Below are positions 58,701 to 64,000 of a stretch of DNA of 64,000 nt, in pieces; position 1 is the first letter of the stretch; every line of letters starts with the position of its first letter. Both the position numbers and the translations under genes were made by a program. This DNA is from Candidatus Obscuribacterales bacterium (lineage in GTDB: Bacteria > Cyanobacteriota > Vampirovibrionia > Obscuribacterales > Obscuribacteraceae): contig CBDDIJ010000003.1 in assembly GCA_965228855.1 (NCBI GenBank), forward strand, positions 1,152,001-1,216,000, read 5' to 3'. The notes beneath the pieces were generated by a model. It had not been told where the DNA came from. It ran no database searches and worked only from the letters and a program-made list of their open reading frames with translations.

Positions 58701-61191
58701 CTTTGGCTTCCTGCAGCTTACGCAAACCTTCCGGACTCTTGTGCATCTGTTCAAGTTCGGCTTTAAAGTCTTCGGGCTTTGTTTCGATACCCCTTATATC
58801 ACTGGTAGTCATTTGTATCCTGTCTGCCAGTGAAAGTTTGCCACCATTTGCGGCACCATTGTCGATAATCTGCCGCTCGGCTTCACTGAAGCGTGTCCGT
58901 GTCGCAGCACGCTCTTCCGGACTTGCGTTCGCTGCATACTCAATTGTCGATTTGCGATCCATACCGAGGTTCAATCGGTCTTGGACTGTTAATTTACCGG
59001 TTGCTATGAAGTTGTCGACGTTATACCTTGTGTTTCTATTCCACTCATTTGGAGGCATGTGATTTGCCTGCTGTCGGAGATAGCTTTCCGAAATTACACT
59101 TCTGAGCGCCTTGTCCTCCGGCGTCATCTGATCCCGAGGTTTAGATAGTCTGGTTCTCAAACCGAGGTCCGACTCCAAGGCTCTCTGGGCTTGAGACAGG
59201 AGCTCGGGCCGTTTACCACCTTCCGTAGCGAGCTTCAGCAGTTTGTCCGTTTCATCAAGTTGTGGAATCTTTCCTGTTTCAGCAGCCTTGTCGATCATTC
59301 GCAGGGCAAAGGACTGCTCAACTTTGCTGAATTCAGACTCGTTCCGAATAAAATCGCGCAGCTGCTGTGCGAATTGAGGATTCGCCTTCATGTTTGCGGC
59401 GTCGGTCGCCGTCATCGATGAAAAGTTTTTGAGGACATTGTTGGCATCATAGCTGGTGCCAAACCAGAGGAAATCGGTGCCTTTGTTTTCGGCAATCGTC
59501 TCAGTCAACGTGCGATGAATATTCTGAGAGTCCTGGTAGGTTGGCTGTGCTGCTTTATCGCGAAGCATCTGCATGATGCGCGCGCTCTCTCCCTCGTCCG
59601 CGTACTTGGCAAGAGACGTCTCAATCTCGTTGAGAAACTGTTTTCCGTTCGCCGGATCGCGGAGAAGGTTGTAATCTTTCTCGCTTAAATTTTCAGCACG
59701 AGTGAGCAAATCGTTGTGCTTGTGACCGGAACCGAGACCGAACGGTCCCCAAGCCTCTGAGTGGGTACTAGCCATGTCGCTGATGACGGTGTCTCGACCA
59801 TATTTCAGAAAAGATTCTGCAACTGTTGCCTCTCTGGGCGAAAGTTTCTGACTGAAAATTTTGTGGATTTTATCGTAGTAATCCTTGGCTTCTTTTTCCT
59901 CTGGCGTTTGTGGCGCTCTGTTGTCGCCTGTAAGTTTCGCGCCCAGAATGAATTGTTGTCGCTCGGAGTCTGAGGCATTTTTCGCCGCCAGGTTGATGTT
60001 GTCCTTAGCATCAAGAATCCATTTGCCGGTGTTCTCTGTGGTGATGGTTTTGAGCGATATTCGCCCTTCCGTTAGATAGTCCTTCGCGACCGGATCCAGT
60101 AAGTCGTTAACGTTGAGTTTTGCTCGTCCAACCTGAACGTCTCCGCGAGCACTCGCTCGATCGTATAGCCTTTCCACACCGGCTGAACTCCAACTGCCTT
60201 TGTGAAATGCGACAGTCAGATCCCTCATCATGCCCTTATCTGCGAGAATTTCTCTGCGAGCTTGCACCGTAGATGGTGCATCTCCACGTAAAACCTCACC
60301 GAGGAGCCTCGCATCATGCGAGTCAATGGCTAGTCTCGTAAGATCTTTCACATCCTGAGGTGTTCGTTCGTCCACACCCTTGCGCAATATTTCCAGCGAT
60401 TTTATAGTTTGCGGCGTTACGTCTCGACCGGCTTCGCGTGTCGCCTCTTGCCAGGTTTTTCCGTAGTCTCTTTTGAAATTGCTTTCTAGTTCTTTTACCT
60501 GATCTTTATTGAGAGTCTCGAACACTGCTCTGATCGCGACGTTTCCCCGACTGCTGTCTTCTCTTGTCTGATTGATTGCGACCATCAGCGCGCCTGCGTC
60601 ATTTGTTTTGCCGTCGGTCCGATTCATTATCGACGTGATCTTTGCCTGCTCAACGCTCTCCGGACCGTCAAACTTGCTTGCGATTTCGCGTCGCAGCTCA
60701 CTGGATTTGAAATCCGAAGTGTGATCTATTCCAGACTTATCGCTATTTGCGGCAGACAGCTGCCGAGCTTTGCCTTTATCCCCAAATTTTTCTTCGTACA
60801 CTTGCTCAAGCGCGCGACGATCTGAATGGCTCAAAGGCTCTAAAATCCGAAAAACCTTATCTTTGTCCGGACTATTTTTCAGTCCCAGGAAGGAGGTCCG
60901 CGTCAGCGCCTCGTGCAATTCGTCGGCGGAGCGCTCGAGTGTTTTGCGGTCGAGCGTTGGCGGTTTCGTCGCCTCCGGTTTTGTGATTGATTCCAAAGCG
61001 CCGGTCGGCTTGGGCTGCTCGGGCTTAACATCCTTGAGGGCGCTGGAATCTCTGGGCGCTGTAGCCTCTTGAGACAGTGTTGTTCGGGTATCAGGTGCGT
61101 CGACCGTCGTCGCCGGAGTTTCATGCGGTTTGTCAGCCGGCTTTTCAGTCGTCGGCTCCGCTTTCGGTTTCGCACCCACCATGGTATGCAC
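55714..61191 (-). CDS. Giant multidomain protein: annexin-like repeats, hydrophobic helices, repeat linker, HD-like C-terminal domain (polymorphic-toxin-like)
   Basis: 1825-aa ORF; motifs are detailed in findings. Confidence 0.75.
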   Translation of the reverse strand: MHTMVGAKPKAEPTTEKPADKPHETPATTVDAPDTRTTLSQEATAPRDSSALKDVKPEQPKPTGALESITKPEATKPPTLDRKTLERSADELHEALTRTSFLGLKNSPDKDKVFRILEPLSHSDRRALEQVYEEKFGDKGKARQLSAANSDKSGIDHTSDFKSSELRREIASKFDGPESVEQAKITSIMNRTDGKTNDAGALMVAINQTREDSSRGNVAIRAVFETLNKDQVKELESNFKRDYGKTWQEATREAGRDVTPQTIKSLEILRKGVDERTPQDVKDLTRLAIDSHDARLLGEVLRGDAPSTVQARREILADKGMMRDLTVAFHKGSWSSAGVERLYDRASARGDVQVGRAKLNVNDLLDPVAKDYLTEGRISLKTITTENTGKWILDAKDNINLAAKNASDSERQQFILGAKLTGDNRAPQTPEEKEAKDYYDKIHKIFSQKLSPREATVAESFLKYGRDTVISDMASTHSEAWGPFGLGSGHKHNDLLTRAENLSEKDYNLLRDPANGKQFLNEIETSLAKYADEGESARIMQMLRDKAAQPTYQDSQNIHRTLTETIAENKGTDFLWFGTSYDANNVLKNFSSMTATDAANMKANPQFAQQLRDFIRNESEFSKVEQSFALRMIDKAAETGKIPQLDETDKLLKLATEGGKRPELLSQAQRALESDLGLRTRLSKPRDQMTPEDKALRSVISESYLRQQANHMPPNEWNRNTRYNVDNFIATGKLTVQDRLNLGMDRKSTIEYAANASPEERAATRTRFSEAERQIIDNGAANGGKLSLADRIQMTTSDIRGIETKPEDFKAELEQMHKSPEGLRKLQEAKDEFALKYNRDLDDAMLSQVDDKQVDEFKRLLTPETGDGRQTFYDNVWKSLRSDSGAAADGTYLTMQRSIDQTANSLEEYQRIYQTLPADKQKALDEYFNQSWEQHKQSKEKLAEMVITATITAAALATAPFTAGMSVAALATWAGVAATAGAAVTVGTKMAFTGNDYDRSHMMRDIVHGAVAGGLIFAIPPVGRVTAVFGQGAKAILADGAVAGSVAGLQAAERAAVERALAESLMQAGKNFGQQEALAVLKQAAPSLGADATNALATQLVGSVSRNYGTAIEVGMQALNQQAAEGGKQVAVRMLKQMGESSLIGAGGNAVATLADAPFNEHGLDLTSLRDQTMIGGAVGLIMPVAFKGIAAGGKYVLNVSKEINAATGAVDVVVHGSPGDPVTVRRANGTTETITDRGRLMDGDKIIDGPRVKDPTPGETVTATRTTTEAIPQPKDGTHGTKSGTQTDAAPTGQTDSSPSGQTDAAKPTTDAAPVSTNNGGTPEQANLRRNEKGQLINQQGRLVNERGQLINEDGKLVNGQGRLVNERGQTINEHGAIVDSKGNPIESEFPTYAKSEFDRVRPDLVEDLHSWKTIDGKNVGEEFDSLAKKLGMSETERNQILDGLQTVREHGTRMVEIDPEQAINWKHTQREFGAAVDYAARNNFSKAETQDLLLSAMFSDGLKTKFNFTTHNVDGATAFEHFAKTHLADMSADRIAGIRQAILEHQVAPPEFMAMIYGGAIQGSIKAENRVMTDAETTAFNSLKAKISNPFALGPEGLIHVPGGPPGAKAVNLTPDEQALLQRTGLDYWYVPNEGNSWNKFSRGLIDADGIDNYAGPGGLSKIIGLRGPGKAVFFQDRHVLYGNPENPSQISSVDSWKQSQRDFLGAPEKGKLGVATEQTRAYVQQQSARMQGDIESAQSRVNQWINSAEGRSQLGLPTEGAIDKVPGWTGTKENPDLIDYSTATPEELDRARKIWDRFSEELGREQRVDLRTPPAYTPVMQR
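57031..57198 (-). repeat. 8 x 21-nt (7-aa) coding tandem repeat N-x-x-G-x-L-[IV]
   Basis: NEKGQLI NQQGRLV NERGQLI NEDGKLV NGQGRLV NERGQTI NEHGAIV DSKGNPI. Confidence 0.88.
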
Positions 61192-61468
61192 CCTCTTCCG
61201 GAGAAGTGTCGCGATCTACATATACTATTTACCCAGGCGAAATCTAAAAGGGCTCTTGACAAGGGGTGATTTAAGCTTTGCCGGGAGTAAATACTTTCGG
61301 GCCTCTGAGGGTGCTGAACGTGCCCGTCAGATTAGTTGGTACTACGATGAACTTTGTTGGCGCCGTTGTAAACAGGGCGAAGATTCGGACCGGATTTTCG
61401 TCGAACCCCGTTTCCGATTTCGTGAGATGCTGCCACTGCATTTTGAGCTCGGTTCGACATGGCCAAAA

Positions 61469-61978
61469 TCACGGCGACGCCTGCCACTTGATTGATAAAA
61501 AGATTTTGTCCACTAATTTCTCGTGCAGTTCTAATTGACCGGTCGGTGCTGAAAAGTATAGGTTTTGAACCTTCCGGCCTTTGCCGCCATTATCTATGAA
61601 ACATGACATGGTAGAGAGCCCCTGTTCAAGCCAATTACCCTTGATGCGAATCACTCTTCGTTCGTTGACATAAACAGTATCAGCAAGTTTGATTTCGAAA
61701 ACTTCTTTGTTCGATAAACCTTCAATAACCGGCTCCAAATCCTGGATTTCAGTTTCCGATAGCTCGTGAAATGGCGCATAGAGAGCAGCCTGAAATTTTT
61801 CCGCATCGCCTCTACTTAATTCCACATCGCGATATAGGTGGCAGAAGAGGATATCTTTGTTGGTTGCGTCTCGAAAAACAGATATCTGGCGTTCGCCCAG
61901 ATCTAGTCGTTCCTCCGCGTGCCATTCATCGGGAATCTCAAACTGGTGAACAACGCCAAGTTTCTCTTCGATAATCAT
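61469..61978 (-). CDS. Hypothetical protein, PsbP/DcrB-like pattern
   Basis: FEIPDEW near the N-terminus, VQNLYFSAP...IFLSIKW at the C-terminus; SD before ATG 61978. Confidence 0.6.
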   Translation of the reverse strand: MIIEEKLGVVHQFEIPDEWHAEERLDLGERQISVFRDATNKDILFCHLYRDVELSRGDAEKFQAALYAPFHELSETEIQDLEPVIEGLSNKEVFEIKLADTVYVNERRVIRIKGNWLEQGLSTMSCFIDNGGKGRKVQNLYFSAPTGQLELHEKLVDKIFLSIKWQASP

Positions 61979-62037
61979 TGTTCTTCCCCTTTGCGTCACC
62001 TGCGAGTGTCGATCGACTTGCGTTCAAACTTAGCTAC

Positions 62038-63000
62038 TCAAGCTGTTTTATTGGAGGCAATCTGAGCAGACATCGTATGTGATTTACCTGGCGGTAACTC
62101 GATTGCATTTACAAGAGCGTTTGCCGTTTCAACACAAACCATTTGTTGCCATACGTCATCACCTAGATCCGCTAGTTTCGCAGACAGCTCGATCCACGGG
62201 TTCCAAACCACGGTTGTCGCAGAATTCTCTTTGCTAATCACCAGGCGTCGCTTCTTGAGCGGGTCTTGAATATAGACTGTTGATTTTGTGTTTATGTATG
62301 GTCTGTCAGTTTCACCGGTTAGTGCAAGAATGTTTTCAGTTTGAGTCTTATGTTTAAACTCATCAGTTTTGTCCAGATAATCTGTATTAACTAAACCGTA
62401 AATACTGATTTGTCTGGCATCTCCTACCGAAAAGTATGAGTGTAGCGCTTCTTCGAAAATGAACGGTTCGCTCGAAGTGTTTTCCACGGTCAGGCGAAGA
62501 GCGAGATTTTTTCCGAACACGATTTTGTATTTCAAAACAAAATTGTCGAAGCCTAGAGCACGCGATGCCTCGTTTGGTTCCAAAGTTAGAGTCATATTTA
62601 CTTTGCCATCAGATACGGTGGCTTCGCTGATCTGCCAAGTGGAAGTTCTCGCGAAGCCGTGCGAAGGACCGTCTGTCCGCGTGGAATACTGGTTTGCTGT
62701 CCGTGAGCCGAACCAGGGGAAAATAATTGGTACTCCGCCTCGAATGACTTTGCCAGGCTCGAACAGGGACTTGTCACTCAGGAAGAACACCGGTTCTGAA
62801 CCGGATGGGCACCACTCAACAAGGTGAGCTCCCTGAAGAAATATTTTTGCGTTACAGGGATCTGTCGTGATTGTCGCGTAGATTAAGCCGAATTCGTTCT
62901 CTGCGAAACTTAGTTTGCCCGGTATGGCGAATTTGTCAATGTATTCTTGCAGCAAAATGCACCTGTCGAAACTGATGGATAAACGTTTTACCGTCCCCAA
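62038..63000 (-). CDS. D-hexose-6-phosphate mutarotase (YeaD-like, aldose 1-epimerase family)
   Basis: LQGAHL, IRGGVPIIFPWFG, HGFAR, EEALHSYF, TVVWNPW, MVCVETAN. Confidence 0.93.
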   Translation of the reverse strand: MGTVKRLSISFDRCILLQEYIDKFAIPGKLSFAENEFGLIYATITTDPCNAKIFLQGAHLVEWCPSGSEPVFFLSDKSLFEPGKVIRGGVPIIFPWFGSRTANQYSTRTDGPSHGFARTSTWQISEATVSDGKVNMTLTLEPNEASRALGFDNFVLKYKIVFGKNLALRLTVENTSSEPFIFEEALHSYFSVGDARQISIYGLVNTDYLDKTDEFKHKTQTENILALTGETDRPYINTKSTVYIQDPLKKRRLVISKENSATTVVWNPWIELSAKLADLGDDVWQQMVCVETANALVNAIELPPGKSHTMSAQIASNKTA

Positions 63001-63067
63001 TTATTTCATAGGCAGCGTTTCAAAATCAAAGAGATCTGAACTATTTAAAGCGTGTTAGTATCTCGCA

Positions 63068-63685
63068 TCACCAGGAGTAAACTTCGCTATCTTCCTGAAC
63101 ATGAAAGTGGTTAACTAAATTGAAATCAATGCCCTCATATATCTCGCTTAGTGGCAGTTCAAGAACGAGTTCCGTGCAGCATTTTAAGCAAAGAGTATCG
63201 TCTTTGCTTATTTCATCGAATGTCCAGTGTTCACCCTCTCTTTGATAAAGCTCTAAATGTTTCCTGGTTTGATGAACGATGACGTATTCCTGCAGGCTAT
63301 CAATGCTCTGATAGGCTATGCGTTTCTCCCGACGGTCAATTGAAGCGGTAGACTTTGAGAGGATTTCGAAAATCAATTTTGGTGCTTCGCTGAACAAATT
63401 GCTTCGGTCTGACGTACCGCACTCTACGAAGACATCCGGATAGTAAAAAGAATTGCTGCTTTTTACCTGCACTTTCACATCGGAGATGAAGACTTTGCAG
63501 TTTTTGCCCTTTAAGCGGATCTTCAGTGCTGTTAGGATGTTTGCAGCAATTAGATTGTGTGACTTTGTTGCGCCACTCATGGCGAATATCTTGCCATCGA
63601 CAAATTCGTGGCGGACTTCAGAGGTCTCTTCCAGCGCAAGATAGTCTTGCACTGAAATTAATCCGGAGTGTCTTTCTGGTCTCAT
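63068..63685 (-). CDS. Uma2 family PD-(D/E)xK endonuclease
   Basis: YLALE..SEVRHEFVDG.IFAMSG, YYPDVFV, EILSKST..IDRREK..Y..I.SLQEYV. Confidence 0.92.
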   Translation of the reverse strand: MRPERHSGLISVQDYLALEETSEVRHEFVDGKIFAMSGATKSHNLIAANILTALKIRLKGKNCKVFISDVKVQVKSSNSFYYPDVFVECGTSDRSNLFSEAPKLIFEILSKSTASIDRREKRIAYQSIDSLQEYVIVHQTRKHLELYQREGEHWTFDEISKDDTLCLKCCTELVLELPLSEIYEGIDFNLVNHFHVQEDSEVYSW

Positions 63686-63719
63686 AAAAGTATTTTACAA
63701 CGGGTGCCGCGGCCACACC

Positions 63720-64000
63720 TTAAGGTTTCTTCGACCAGTTGATGCTGGCGAGCGTCCCGCCGCTTTCTTTGTGTTTTCTGCAGGTAATGTACACTGACTG
63801 TTTTCCGCTTTCAGCGGTTAGCATGTACATCTCGCCGGTGGTGCTGAGCTCTGACAGCGCTTTTGCCGAAGGTATCTTTACCTTCCAGTTAGCTCTTCGA
63901 CAGGCGGAATTGTAGAAGTCGAATACCTGCTTTGGTTGATCCTTTGTAACAAGCATCGCTGAAGCCGTAGGTTTCCCCTGCGTGGAATGCGAAAAGCTTT
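63720..64000 (-). CDS. Hypothetical protein (partial; 5' end beyond window)
   Basis: Frame is open from the window end to the stop at 63720. Confidence 0.6.
   Translation of the reverse strand, partial: SFSHSTQGKPTASAMLVTKDQPKQVFDFYNSACRRANWKVKIPSAKALSELSTTGEMYMLTAESGKQSVYITCRKHKESGGTLASINWSKKP

Noticed and set aside
63068..63685. Uma2 as a defence system
   Set aside because: Solitary member of a family that is commonly multicopy, with no partner genes

Overview
64 kb of gene-dense bacterial chromosome. The gene repertoire (kinase-TM-LRR receptor kinases, orphan TadE/TadG-like pilins, Uma2 endonuclease, YbjN/CesT-like protein, small RHH regulator, many secreted TPR/hypothetical proteins) suggests a non-photosynthetic cyanobacterial relative (Melainabacteria/Obscuribacterales-like). 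This is inference, since no marker gene is present. Housekeeping and metabolic genes: mitochondrial-type aconitase, AmpG-like permease, S41 protease, gluconokinase, xth, acyl-CoA dehydrogenase, rnd, cysQ-like phosphatase, tRNA-Asn(GTT), MscS, homospermidine synthase, CzcBA/CusBA-type RND pair, CpxR/CpxA-like two-component system with a Spy/CpxP-like gene, and hexose-6-P mutarotase. Most interesting regions: (i) 49.5-62 kb, a candidate contact-dependent conflict locus with a 1825-aa protein (annexin-like repeats, hydrophobic helices, 7-aa repeat linker, degenerate HD-like C-terminus) followed by a tightly linked small gene, next to a very cationic secreted peptide, a subtilase and three Tad-like minor pilins interleaved with two paralogous unknown secreted proteins; (ii) a macro-like plus nucleoside-deoxyribosyltransferase/TIR-like gene inside the cpx-like locus, flanked by a ~29-bp direct repeat containing CpxR-like boxes; (iii) a structured leader and a 1.3-kb non-coding gap upstream of the RHH gene. 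No CRISPR array, rRNA, transposase or integrase was seen. All domain calls come from motifs read by eye; no database search was run.
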